This document shows positions 1 through 9,712 of a stretch of 64,000 bases of DNA, piece after piece. The translations under genes were made by a program, and so were the position numbers. The stretch is from positions 75,941 through 139,940 of the forward strand of contig JANNBC010000007.1 of the NCBI GenBank assembly GCA_031385045.1. The letters run 5' to 3'. The notes under the pieces are model-generated. The model was not told the origin of the DNA, searched no databases, and worked only from the letters and a program-made list of their open reading frames with translations. Origin of the DNA: a bacterium. Its GTDB lineage: Bacteria > Bdellovibrionota_C > UBA2361 > CALJRW01. The stretch's first letter is position 1. Each line of letters starts with the position of its first letter.

Positions 1-1
1 G

Positions 2-274
2 ATTACCTTGAATGATGACAATGGACAAAAAACTTTTAGTCAGATTATTTTTTTCTCACTTTTACTGTTAGTAGTTTCCTTTCTGCCAGTCTATTTGAAA
101 AATGTAGGTTATATTTATGTAATCTCCGCTGCCTTACTTGGAGTTTATGTACTAGCCTATGGTGTTGCTAGCTTTTTTGCTCGCTCTCATAAGTCGGCAC
201 GAGCATTACTTAGATCAACAATTATTTATTTACCATTATTACTAACATCGCTTTTAATTGATTCATTTATCTAA
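2..274 (+). CDS. ctaB: Heme O synthase (protoheme IX farnesyltransferase), C-terminal part; gene starts before the window
   Basis: Frame is open from position 2. Hydrophobic helices end in SARALLRSTIIYLPLLL, typical of the CtaB/CyoE C-terminus. The stop overlaps the ctaA start. Confidence 0.8.
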   Translation: MTLNDDNGQKTFSQIIFFSLLLLVVSFLPVYLKNVGYIYVISAALLGVYVLAYGVASFFARSHKSARALLRSTIIYLPLLLTSLLIDSFI

Positions 275-1260
275 TGACTACATTTAGAAAAATCCTTGCT
301 CAAGTTCTTCCTTTTTGTGTCCTTTTTCTAATTCTTTTTGGTGCACTAGTGACTAGCCACGGAGCAGGTCTATCTGTGCCTGATTGGCCAACAACCTTCA
401 ATGAAAATATGTTTACCTATCCAGTGCATAAATGGACTGGGGGTATTTTTTGGGAGCATGGACACCGCTTAATCGCCAGTGGTATCGGATTTCTAACCTT
501 AACATTAACGATTTTGATTTTACTTACTGAAAAAAGAAAGTGGCTAAAAGTACTATCATGTTTTTCTTTACTTGCAGTAATTATGCAAGGCGTCCTTGGT
601 GGCTTAACTGTACTTTATAAACTTCCCATTGCTGTCTCAACTGCCCATGCAGTTTTAGCTCAAAGCTTTTTAGTGATGACGATTGTGATGGCCTATAGTT
701 ATTCTAAAGAACTTCAAAATAAATTATTAGCAGGCAGTCAATTAAACTCTAAGTTATTAAAGTTTAGTATATTTGCCAGCAGTGCAATCTATTTGCAATT
801 AGTTATTGGTGCCTTGATGCGACATAGTAGTGCCGGCTTAGCTGTTCCAGACTTCCCAAAGATGGGCGGAAGTTTCATCCCAAGTATTTCAACCGAGACA
901 GTTGCCAATATTAATTTGCAACTCAACGTTTTAGGTTATGCGCCTGTTGATAGCTTACAAGTTCTGATCCACCTGATACATCGTTTTTGGGCACTTGCTG
1001 TAATCTTTAGTGTCATCATGTTAATTGGCTATATTTTGCTTAATTCTCAACAGATTGGCAAAAAATTAACTCGCCACGGGGCATGGATTGGTTGCCTAGT
1101 AATTTTGCAATTTGCCCTGGGAATCATCACGGTTCTAAGTCATAAAGATCCATTTATTACTAGTTTTCATGTACTGTTAGGTGCCGGGCTACTTGGACTA
1201 ACTTCCCTTTTAGCCATTCGCACCTATGCTTGCAAAGGATCAGAAAAGAATTCCAATTAA
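274..1260 (+). CDS. ctaA: Heme A synthase (COX15/CtaA family)
   Basis: GAGLSVPDWP and WEHGHRL motifs, a repeated half (AGLAVPDFP...HLIHR), multiple TM helices, next to ctaB. Confidence 0.9.
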   Translation: MTTFRKILAQVLPFCVLFLILFGALVTSHGAGLSVPDWPTTFNENMFTYPVHKWTGGIFWEHGHRLIASGIGFLTLTLTILILLTEKRKWLKVLSCFSLLAVIMQGVLGGLTVLYKLPIAVSTAHAVLAQSFLVMTIVMAYSYSKELQNKLLAGSQLNSKLLKFSIFASSAIYLQLVIGALMRHSSAGLAVPDFPKMGGSFIPSISTETVANINLQLNVLGYAPVDSLQVLIHLIHRFWALAVIFSVIMLIGYILLNSQQIGKKLTRHGAWIGCLVILQFALGIITVLSHKDPFITSFHVLLGAGLLGLTSLLAIRTYACKGSEKNSN

Positions 1261-1306
1261 ATCTTTCTCAATTAGTTTATCGGAAAGCAATTCACAAATT
1301 AATCGA

Positions 1307-1840
1307 ATGAAACAATTACTTACTCTTCTTTTAATTAGCTTACTTATGACTAATTTAAGTTTAGCTGAAAACTTGATTCCAAATTTTAAATTCTTAAATC
1401 AGAGTCAAGAGATCGTGACTCCTCAAAAGCTCAGAGGTAAATACTGGGTTTTAAATTTCTTTTTTACTAGCTGTCCAAAGATTTGCCCAATGTTAAATGG
1501 TAAAGTTTTTGCGCTAAATCAAAAATTTAAGAATCATCCTAAACTTAATTTTCTTTCTGTTAGTGTCGATCCCGAAAGAGATACTTTTCCTGCCTTGCTA
1601 AAGTATGCAGAAACATTTCAAGCAGATCTAACTCGCTGGCAATTTGCCCGCGGAACCCTTGCGCAGGTTAATCAATTAGTAGCTGACTTAAAACTAGCGT
1701 CTGGGCCAACAATTGATCAACACAATGCTCGATTAACCCTAATCGATCCCGATGGAAAAATAATTGGATATTACTCAGGATTAGATCAAGCTGGCTTTCA
1801 AGTCTTAGATCAAAAACTAACTGAAATATTTCCTGAGTGA
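1307..1840 (+). CDS. SCO/SenC copper chaperone
   Basis: FFFTSCPKICP (CxxxC), SVSVDPERDT and a distal His. Start moved from 1226 to ATG 1307, which begins a signal peptide. Confidence 0.85.
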   Translation: MKQLLTLLLISLLMTNLSLAENLIPNFKFLNQSQEIVTPQKLRGKYWVLNFFFTSCPKICPMLNGKVFALNQKFKNHPKLNFLSVSVDPERDTFPALLKYAETFQADLTRWQFARGTLAQVNQLVADLKLASGPTIDQHNARLTLIDPDGKIIGYYSGLDQAGFQVLDQKLTEIFPE

Positions 1841-1895
1841 TCTAATACTATTTCCCTCTGTTCCTAGGATTAACATTTAGAGTAAGATTCTTGCT

Positions 1896-3341
1896 GTGAA
1901 TCAACAAAATATCAATTTTAGAATAATTAACTGGCTAATATTTCTTCTGGCATTAATTCCAACTTCTTATTGCTTTGGGCCAAGCCTGTCTAACCAGAAT
2001 GCCCGCCTCCTACCTATCTATGCAGTAGTCGAAAGAGACTTTAGCCTTCCCCTCTTTAGCATTGATAACTTTATGTTTGAGACTAATGCTTATGTTGGAA
2101 CAATCGATTGGTCTAGCAACGCTGGTCATTATTACTCCAACAAATCGCCCGGAGGTATTCTTCTTGGAATTCCACCATACTACCTTGCTTATCAATTAGA
2201 ATCATTTCTAGCTCTTAGTCCAGACCAACCTCAGATTGCTTATTTCAATGCTTATCTAATTAATTTTTTTGTTTCTGTAATTCCATTTGCATTTTCTGCA
2301 ATGGCTTTTTACGCCCTATTGCAGTCTTGGGGGCAAGCCAAAAAAAGAGCACTCGCGCTTACACTAATTTATATTTTTGCCACTCCTTTCATCGCCTACA
2401 ATCAAACAATGTGGGGCACTAATACCTTAACAAGCTTTTTAGTGATCAGTCTGTACTACCTAAGAAGAGAAGCTAGTAGACCTATCCTTGCGGGAATCTT
2501 TCTAGGCCTAGCCCTACAAATGGACTATTTAGCATTTATTGCGGTTGGTACAATCCTGCTATGGTTAATTTTAGAGCAGGGCAAAAAAAGCCTTCCTACA
2601 ATAATTAGCTACTCTGTAGTTGTGGGGCTAATGCTAATTTATCAATACCACTGCTTTGGTTCTATTTTTAAATCTACTAAATCTAATGGCAATCCAGCAT
2701 TTGAGAATCCCGACTTGATTCTAGGATTTTTTTCAACTCCCTCTTTTTCTGTTATTTGGTCCTTACTATTTTCACTGCAGAAAGGAATGATCCTATTTAT
2801 GCCAATCTTTTTGTTTACAATCATCGGGCTCTACTACTGGCTAAAAAGAAATCCTAGAGATACTTTACTCTGGATCTCTGTAGTTAATATTATAGCTTAC
2901 CTGATGTTTATATCGACCTTTAATGGTTGGCATGGAGGTGCTACAACCTTTCCCCGCTATCTAATACCCTGTTTGATTTTTTGGCTTATTCCACTAAAAG
3001 AATGTCTAGTCCAATTTAAGTGGCCAGTATTTCTTCTAGCTACATTTAGTGCTTTCAACTCCTTAGTTTTATCGGCGATCTCTCCTATTTCACCCGATCT
3101 ACACCCAAATCCACTGTATGATTTTAGCTACAAATTATTTTTCAGTGGGAAATTAGCGCCAATCAAATATCCTATTCGCCTGCAAGGCCTAGATCCCAAC
3201 TTTGCTAACTACCAGAATCTATCAAGTGGAAACATCGGACAATTATTAGGACTTTCTGGAATTACTAGCTTAATCCCCTTATTATTAATTATTGGCTTGA
3301 TCGCTTTTATCCTCTATAAAAGATTGAATGTCGAAAATTAA
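1896..3341 (+). CDS. Polytopic membrane protein, GT-C fold glycosyltransferase-like
   Basis: About 11-13 TM segments, periplasmic loop YYSNKSPG, late GWHGG..FPRYLIP motif seen in GT-C-like proteins. Confidence 0.55.
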   Translation: MNQQNINFRIINWLIFLLALIPTSYCFGPSLSNQNARLLPIYAVVERDFSLPLFSIDNFMFETNAYVGTIDWSSNAGHYYSNKSPGGILLGIPPYYLAYQLESFLALSPDQPQIAYFNAYLINFFVSVIPFAFSAMAFYALLQSWGQAKKRALALTLIYIFATPFIAYNQTMWGTNTLTSFLVISLYYLRREASRPILAGIFLGLALQMDYLAFIAVGTILLWLILEQGKKSLPTIISYSVVVGLMLIYQYHCFGSIFKSTKSNGNPAFENPDLILGFFSTPSFSVIWSLLFSLQKGMILFMPIFLFTIIGLYYWLKRNPRDTLLWISVVNIIAYLMFISTFNGWHGGATTFPRYLIPCLIFWLIPLKECLVQFKWPVFLLATFSAFNSLVLSAISPISPDLHPNPLYDFSYKLFFSGKLAPIKYPIRLQGLDPNFANYQNLSSGNIGQLLGLSGITSLIPLLLIIGLIAFILYKRLNVEN

Positions 3342-4704
3342 TCTTCTTACACTTCTTTGTATCGTTGTTTTTTATTGCTTCCTACCTGGCAATATTAGTT
3401 GGCTAAATGACGAGCCAGTTCTAATTTGGAATGCACTCCACTGGAATGAGGTTAACGGCATTGCCAAGATTGGCTTGTTTGGATCGAAGGCAATTCCTTT
3501 TGGGGCGGTACCAACGATTATCTATCAATTCCTATTATTAATTTCAGCAAATAATTTAATTACAGTAGTGATTCTGAAAGCTATTTTTTTCGTTTTAATT
3601 ATTTACTATTCTACTCTACAAATTTGTAAAACTTTAAATTTCAACCGCAACCTTGCCTTTATCCCCTTGCTCTCTCCATTTGTTTTTCATTATTCGCGAA
3701 TCCTTTGGGATAACTGTTTTATCCTGCCAATCGCCTTTTTGACTTTCTCTCTTGTTTTAGAACAAATCAATCAGCCAACTAGGCGTAAATTAATAGTTCT
3801 TTTTTTTCTATCTACAATTTTAATCCAAATTCACCTAACAAGTTTTTTGCTGATTATTCCCTGTGCGATTTTTTTACTTTTCAAACAGTCGAAATGGTTT
3901 ATTGAAAATATTACGCTAACAGCACTTGCTGTCTTGGCATCCTTCCTAATTAACTATCCATATTTTCATCTTTTAATAAATGAACTACCTAATGAAATTA
4001 TCAATGATCAAAGTTCTAAATTAAACTTTGTTGCTTCCGGATTTTATTACTTTTCAGGGTGGAACTTCTTTGAGACATTTCTAAATGAAGTTCTTAGTTC
4101 ATATTTAGGGTTATCTGCTATCATCGCTCGAATGATTAGCATTTTAGCTATTGGATTTTATCTATTTTATGTATTTCTACAATTTTGTTCTAATCTACCA
4201 AACAAGATAGATCCGCTAATCCAGCTCTCACTAACTATTCTAATCGGAGCAACAATCATTGCTTATTTTGGTAATTTAGAATCATTCCCGCACTATCTTA
4301 ACGCCCTCGCACCTGTGTATGCCGTGCTAATTATTTATGGAATGAATCTAATCCTCAGTTACCATTTAGCAGGCATCGTTAATATTCTTTACGTCAGCAA
4401 TATGATTGCCCTATCTCTTATCTTTCAAATTTATATCTGGCAGTTTAACGGCAACAAGTCCGCCAATTTTGGAGCAACACTTAGCAATCAAATTGCCGTT
4501 ATGAAAGAAATTAAGCTTTCTGGTCAAAATCCAGAATTAATTACAACGGTAAAACAGTACCAATATTTTCCTTATAGTTACCAAACATTACTGAAAATAT
4601 TGCCCGAAACAAATCCTGAACTATCAAAAGAAAAGATTTATGTTGTTTACGCCGATTCGCAATCTGATGATGGTCGAATTATTGCTATAAAAAAGTTGCA
4701 TTAA
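3328..4704 (+). CDS. GT-C (ArnT/PMT-like) membrane glycosyltransferase
   Basis: DE motif after TM1 (WLNDEP), SPF..YSRILWD, many TM helices; overlaps the upstream gene. Confidence 0.55.
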   Translation: MSKINLLTLLCIVVFYCFLPGNISWLNDEPVLIWNALHWNEVNGIAKIGLFGSKAIPFGAVPTIIYQFLLLISANNLITVVILKAIFFVLIIYYSTLQICKTLNFNRNLAFIPLLSPFVFHYSRILWDNCFILPIAFLTFSLVLEQINQPTRRKLIVLFFLSTILIQIHLTSFLLIIPCAIFLLFKQSKWFIENITLTALAVLASFLINYPYFHLLINELPNEIINDQSSKLNFVASGFYYFSGWNFFETFLNEVLSSYLGLSAIIARMISILAIGFYLFYVFLQFCSNLPNKIDPLIQLSLTILIGATIIAYFGNLESFPHYLNALAPVYAVLIIYGMNLILSYHLAGIVNILYVSNMIALSLIFQIYIWQFNGNKSANFGATLSNQIAVMKEIKLSGQNPELITTVKQYQYFPYSYQTLLKILPETNPELSKEKIYVVYADSQSDDGRIIAIKKLH

Positions 4705-4755
4705 CTAGATAACTCTTATAACTGTAATTATATTAATACAAAAAACAATTTCCGA

Positions 4756-4855
4756 TGAAGTGACCCTAGGGTCGCGCGTTCTTCAATCCTTATTCTAAAT
4801 GCATTGAAGCTATGAAAAACAAATATACTAAAACCTCATGGGTTTTGGTATATAT
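4756..4855. repeat. Diverged, inverted copy of the composite hairpin repeat at 32371-32795
   Basis: TGAAGTGACCCTAGGGTCGC, TCCTTATT and CAAATATACTAAAA align in order with the reverse complement of the 32.4-kb unit. Ends in a TATACTAAAACC...GGTTTTGGTATA hairpin. Confidence 0.7.
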
Positions 4856-4928
4856 TTATCGATCCTCATTTTTTTTGCAAAGAATATTAGAGAGGTTCTA
4901 TGGAAGAGTCTCTAGCAATTAACTTGAT

Positions 4929-5450
4929 TTAAGGACTAGGAGGAGTAGCTGGGTATATACAAATCTCTACAGCAGGCATTGGATATCCCGTTTGAATCAC
5001 GCCTGTAACAGAAGAAAACCGGTAGGTGTGAAAATAAGTCTGAGCTCTGGCTGCCCGAAGCGCCGAAGGAGCTGTGCGATATGTACCTTTATTATTATAG
5101 GTCGTAATAAAATAAACCCCGGCGGTTGAACTACAAGACACTAAACGCACATTTTCAGTATGTGTGTATCCTGGGATATCACCACCATAATTGTGCGTAG
5201 TTAGGTCAGTATCGTACATAAAAGAAAAAATACTTTGTTGAGTTGAATCAGCAAACCTCGCATTTATCCCCGTACGAGCATTATATAGAGATGTTATTGC
5301 AACTAAATCATTAGCATTGCGTCGATATTCTTGATACTGTGAGACAGCAAGGCCTGCCATAATTGAGGTGATCGCAACTGTCACTAGAAGTTCAACAAGA
5401 CTAAATCCTTTCATATGTCGACTAAATTCGTCTGATCGATAATTTTTCAT
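4929..5450 (-). CDS. Type IV pilin-like protein (prepilin cleavage/methylation motif)
   Basis: KG^FSLVELLVTVAITSIMAGLAVSQYQEYRRNA and a C-terminal Cys pair. Start is probably ATG 5450 or 5414 rather than TTG 5474. Confidence 0.9.
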   Translation of the reverse strand: MKNYRSDEFSRHMKGFSLVELLVTVAITSIMAGLAVSQYQEYRRNANDLVAITSLYNARTGINARFADSTQQSIFSFMYDTDLTTHNYGGDIPGYTHTENVRLVSCSSTAGVYFITTYNNKGTYRTAPSALRAARAQTYFHTYRFSSVTGVIQTGYPMPAVEICIYPATPPSP

Positions 5451-5697
5451 TAGAAAAAGAAGGGAATTTTCCAAGAAATATACCTTCTTACCGATACTGA
5501 TTGATCACATTACCAAAAACGTTGTGCAGTTTACATATAACGCTAATGCTAAGATTAAATCATACCTTAAGATGTATGAAAAACCATTGAGAAACATCTT
5601 AAGTTCTATTTATAATTTATTGATTAACCTTCCAAAGCTTACTTCAGAACAAGTTCGCTAATAACAGATTATTGAAATGAATCTGTTTATTTGAAAT

Positions 5698-5731
5698 AAA
5701 AAAAAGGGCGATAACCGACTTGTTATCGCCC
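5698..5731 (-). terminator. Rho-independent terminator
   Basis: 10-bp perfect stem GGGCGATAAC/GTTATCGCCC (5706-5731) followed by T8 on the minus strand. Confidence 0.85.
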
Positions 5732-5766
5732 CCAACTCGCAGAAAGGATGGTGTCATGCCTTACAA
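5698..5766 (-). ncRNA. Candidate sigma28-dependent small RNA (~70 nt)
   Basis: Lies between a near-consensus sigma28 promoter and a strong terminator, has no useful ORF, and contains CATCCTTTCT. Confidence 0.45.
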
Positions 5767-5771
5767 ATGAA

Positions 5772-5798
5772 CTATCGGCAGATAATTTAAAAACATTA
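5772..5798 (-). promoter_or_regulatory. Sigma28 (FliA-type) promoter
   Basis: TAATGTTT-N11-GCCGATAG versus consensus TAAAGTTT-N11-GCCGATAA. Confidence 0.6.
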
Positions 5799-5866
5799 GT
5801 CACTGAATAAAAAAATTATTTTTCTTTACGCGCAAAGGATCAATCATAAGCCCTTGAAAATCCTAG

Positions 5867-7435
5867 TTATTGAGGCTTCTTCAGATGTATTACTGCAACC
5901 CCAGGATCATTATTTAAGATCTCTAGCTTCCAACCTCGATCCTCAAAGTATCGAAAATAGAACTCTGGAATTGGTAGTGCTTGCCTTTTAGGGCTGGTTG
6001 CAATGGCACTAGTATAAATTAAAAAATCTTTTTTAGAATTGATTATTGGAGAGATTTGCTGACTAAAGTAATCAGCGTAAATCTTATTGTCCAGGTTGGG
6101 GGGCAGTAAATAACGCCTTTGGTTGGAAATTGGATAAACCCTTAAGTAGCTAAAGAAATATGCGGCCTTCTGCGGATCTAGATAAAGTTTGGGATCGTAG
6201 GATTCAACTAATCCTGGATTAAATAAGATTGGTAATTCTGGCTGATTTAATTGATTGATAATCTTCGCCGCTTCGGCAAAGTTTGGTAGTCGATAGGAAT
6301 TAATTTTCTCATTCCAAACTAACTCCGAAGAAAAGATCAGCCCACAACAAAGTAGTAATATTTCAGATCTCTTCTCAACTAAGCGCAATAGCAATGCAAC
6401 AAAGATGCCACCAAAAATGATATACCAAAAATAATAACGATAAACATAAACCTGTAGACCCAAGATTTCTTTCAGTAAGTAATAGATGAGTGGTAACCCC
6501 AAGAAGATCAATCCAGAAAATGTAATTAGCTGAGATGGTTTTTTAATTAGTTTTTTTAATTTAAAAAATAGAGTACTAATTGTTATTTCTTTAATTGTCA
6601 TTCCGATCACAATTAGGAATAAGACTGTCAGCGAAATAGGTAATGTCTTAAAAAATATGAGCTGCGGGAAAAATAAACTTTGATCAGACTCTAATGTCTG
6701 TGCCCAACTACTAGAATTATTAATAATTTCTAAGTAATGTGGAATGAATAAACACATCAATAACAACAAGACAAAATTAAATAACAATATTCTCTTCCCC
6801 TCGGAACTTCTAAAATTATAAAAATAATAATGAGCAAGGGTCATCATCCAAAAAGCCATGAAAAAATAATGGCACACTGTTGCTAAGAAAAATGTTACAA
6901 AACAAATTTTTAATTCACTTAAAGATCTTTCTACCCCCGTGTTGTTCTGTAGCGATTTAAGATAATAATAGCTACCAATTGCTAGGAAAGTAGCTACTAA
7001 ACTATAAGGCCTAATTGGCAAAATTGCTAAAGCAAACTGCGACTTAATTCCAATAATCATGCCCAGAACAATTACTGTTATTAAGAGTGAAAAATGTATC
7101 CGCAATAATCTATAAAGAAATCCTAAAGTTATAAAAAATAGTAATACTGAAAATAGCTTTAATGCCGTTGGGGAAATATTACTAATTAAATCTGACCAAA
7201 TTTTAATTATGTAAAAATATGCTGGCGAAGAACCTTGATTTAAAAAAACCTCTCTCACTAATCCCTGATAATCAAGGCTAACTAACCAAGCTGTGATTGA
7301 CTCATCAATTAAGAGCGGTTTGAAAATTGAAAAGTTAAAACTGAAAAGGAAAAGGAAAAGGCCTGAATTAAGAAAAAGGATCATCAAAAGGAATTTGGTA
7401 GCTAAAGTTTTAGAATAGCTACTCATCTTAATCAT
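5867..7435 (-). CDS. GT39/ArnT-like membrane glycosyltransferase
   Basis: LLIDESIT, SPAYFYIIK.W, IRPYSL and YRY motifs, about 12 TM helices and a periplasmic C-terminal domain. Confidence 0.7.
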   Translation of the reverse strand: MIKMSSYSKTLATKFLLMILFLNSGLFLFLFSFNFSIFKPLLIDESITAWLVSLDYQGLVREVFLNQGSSPAYFYIIKIWSDLISNISPTALKLFSVLLFFITLGFLYRLLRIHFSLLITVIVLGMIIGIKSQFALAILPIRPYSLVATFLAIGSYYYLKSLQNNTGVERSLSELKICFVTFFLATVCHYFFMAFWMMTLAHYYFYNFRSSEGKRILLFNFVLLLLMCLFIPHYLEIINNSSSWAQTLESDQSLFFPQLIFFKTLPISLTVLFLIVIGMTIKEITISTLFFKLKKLIKKPSQLITFSGLIFLGLPLIYYLLKEILGLQVYVYRYYFWYIIFGGIFVALLLRLVEKRSEILLLCCGLIFSSELVWNEKINSYRLPNFAEAAKIINQLNQPELPILFNPGLVESYDPKLYLDPQKAAYFFSYLRVYPISNQRRYLLPPNLDNKIYADYFSQQISPIINSKKDFLIYTSAIATSPKRQALPIPEFYFRYFEDRGWKLEILNNDPGVAVIHLKKPQ

Positions 7436-8181
7436 GCTTTTTGATGTAGATTAACAAAATCTCTAAATTTACCAATAATCTCAGGTGAAGTAACCTTAAG
7501 CAAATCAACATGTTTAATTGCAGGTAATAACATTAATTCCTTAATGCCAATTTTATGTTGATATAAATTTTCACTCATCGTGAAAGGAATTACCTCATCT
7601 TCTATTCCGTGAAAAAACAAGATGGGAGTCTGAATATTGGCAACTTTACGTAAAGAGTCAAAGCGCGGCTCGATAAATCTCCAAAGTGGTAATCGGGGAT
7701 ATAAATACTTAGCCATTTCAATATTATTTGAGATTGTTGAATCTATTACTCCACAACACACTGGGTACTTAGTAAGGCCTTCAATTGCAATTGCCCCACC
7801 TAATGATATGCCATGAAGCACTATTCGAGAATACTTAAAATTAAGTTCCTGATGCACAAATTTCATCACTAAATCTAGTGCTTGATAGCAACCTGCTTCG
7901 CTAGGTTTACCAGCGGACTGACCATAACCTGGATAATCAAATAAGACATACGAAAATCTTGTTTGATTATAAAAATCATAAACTCCATTCAAATTTGAAA
8001 TATTAGAAGCATTACCATGGCAATTAATTACCATAACTGGAGAGTCAACTAACTTATAGGAAATAGAAATTTTATGCTCAGGACTTGTTAAGAACTTTAT
8101 CTGGCAATCTGCAGGAATCCTACTGACATCATAATCAGGATTAGGCTTAAAGGTAATACGATCTTGAATATAATTAAACAC
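7432..8181 (-). CDS. Alpha/beta hydrolase (YfhR/ABHD-like)
   Basis: HGNASN, DYPGYGQSAG, GISLGG nucleophile elbow, HGIEDEVIP and a C-terminal His. Confidence 0.85.
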   Translation of the reverse strand: MFNYIQDRITFKPNPDYDVSRIPADCQIKFLTSPEHKISISYKLVDSPVMVINCHGNASNISNLNGVYDFYNQTRFSYVLFDYPGYGQSAGKPSEAGCYQALDLVMKFVHQELNFKYSRIVLHGISLGGAIAIEGLTKYPVCCGVIDSTISNNIEMAKYLYPRLPLWRFIEPRFDSLRKVANIQTPILFFHGIEDEVIPFTMSENLYQHKIGIKELMLLPAIKHVDLLKVTSPEIIGKFRDFVNLHQKA

Positions 8182-8306
8182 GGAATTAAATCGAGATTAC
8201 TTGCTAATGAATTTTTAACAGTTTTAAATAATATTAGAAATGAAACTGTGGAAGGGATTAAATGATAAACTGAGGAGTATGTAACATACTCCTCAGCAAT
8301 CAACTA

Positions 8307-9164
8307 TTAAGCAGCGTCTTCTACTGCTTCAGCCGTTGCTTCTTTAGCTGCCAAACAGACAGTATTATCAGAAGCTAAATGATAAACATCTAATTCATCA
8401 CCAAAGCGCTGAAAACCATAACGTACGGCTCCACCATTATCTCGTAACAAGTCACGACAAGCCTTGTCTTGATCTGAGAACCAAAGTTCTTGGTACTTTG
8501 ATAACAATTCAGTATCATCTAACAATTCACGATCAATCATTGCCAAGCAACGAGTATCAATCATTACTTTTCCAACAGAGGTTGGAGCATTAGCAATTAT
8601 CTCTTCAAAATCAACTTCATCATGAGAGGAATCATGAATCACGATTCGACAAGAATAAGGGTTTCTAAGAATTCGATAATTTCCCGGGCTTAGCTCTATA
8701 ACAACACCACCAAACTTTTTAATTACTTCATTCTTTTCTGTTGGATCTGAATCAATTAAGTCCAAAAGTGCTCGATGTAATTGTGGATTAGCTAACATAA
8801 ACTGATCAATGATCACCATATGTCCACTTTCAATAGCAATTCTTTCTCGCAAGTTACCGCTGTTATTATCAGATCGACCAAAACGACCTCGGCCGCCTCC
8901 GCCACCTTGACGCCGACCACCGCCACCGCCACCGCGCCAGCTTCCGCCACCGCCGCTTCCACCGCGACCACCACCAAATCTGCGACCGCCAGCACCTTGT
9001 CCACGACCGCCGCCTTCGCTGCGACCACTCTCACTCCGGCTACCTTCTCCACGGCCACCCTCTCCGCGACCTCCACCATTGCTACCGCCACCACTTCTTT
9101 GACGACCGTATCGTCCTCCACCATTATTGCTTCCACCGCTTCCGCGAGAATCTGAATTTCTCAT
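8307..9164 (-). CDS. Protein with a long Gly/Arg-rich (RGG-like) N-terminus and an internally duplicated globular domain
   Basis: About 100 aa of G/R/S low complexity, then an acidic domain. GGAG lies upstream of ATG 9164. Confidence 0.75.
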   Translation of the reverse strand: MRNSDSRGSGGSNNGGGRYGRQRSGGGSNGGGRGEGGRGEGSRSESGRSEGGGRGQGAGGRRFGGGRGGSGGGGSWRGGGGGGRRQGGGGGRGRFGRSDNNSGNLRERIAIESGHMVIIDQFMLANPQLHRALLDLIDSDPTEKNEVIKKFGGVVIELSPGNYRILRNPYSCRIVIHDSSHDEVDFEEIIANAPTSVGKVMIDTRCLAMIDRELLDDTELLSKYQELWFSDQDKACRDLLRDNGGAVRYGFQRFGDELDVYHLASDNTVCLAAKEATAEAVEDAA

Positions 9165-9712
9165 TGCGTTCTCCAATTTATTTAAAAAGTTTCTGCTTTA
9201 GCTGAACCTACTTGACTATCGATATCTTAAACTAATCTAAAATTTTAAGTTTCAATTTAGATGTTTCCTAGGTCGCCAGTGGCGAGACTAAGGGATTAAA
9301 TTAATTAAGCGTTTCGCAATATTCTCGAATAGAATCTATTGGCGATAAGTTATAGTAAAAATCAGCAATCATTAAAAATTAATCACAAAGATTCGAATGT
9401 CCGCTGATAATAAGCCCAAGTTAAGAAGCTTTATTTTCGTTGACTTAGATAGCTAAAAAAATTATCTGCAAACAGATAGCTATAAACTATTAATCAGAAC
9501 AATTGTGATTAGTGCACATCTTTGATTCAATTTAATTACCATTTAGGAAAATACACTAAAGACAATCCCGCCCTATATTTAGCTCTGGAAAGTCTCAATG
9601 TTTTGCTCAGTTTAAACTAATATGCCACTAATGTGATTAGTCAAAGAATCAAAGTAAGTACCAAATATATCTTTATTTTGAGGTTTTATCCATAGCACTA
9701 CTTAAGACCTAA

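Noticed and set aside
8813..9155. Val/Ala-rich and Thr/Ala-rich ORFs (8813-9136, 8820-9155)
   Set aside because: Alternate-frame and antisense shadows of the Gly-rich coding tract.
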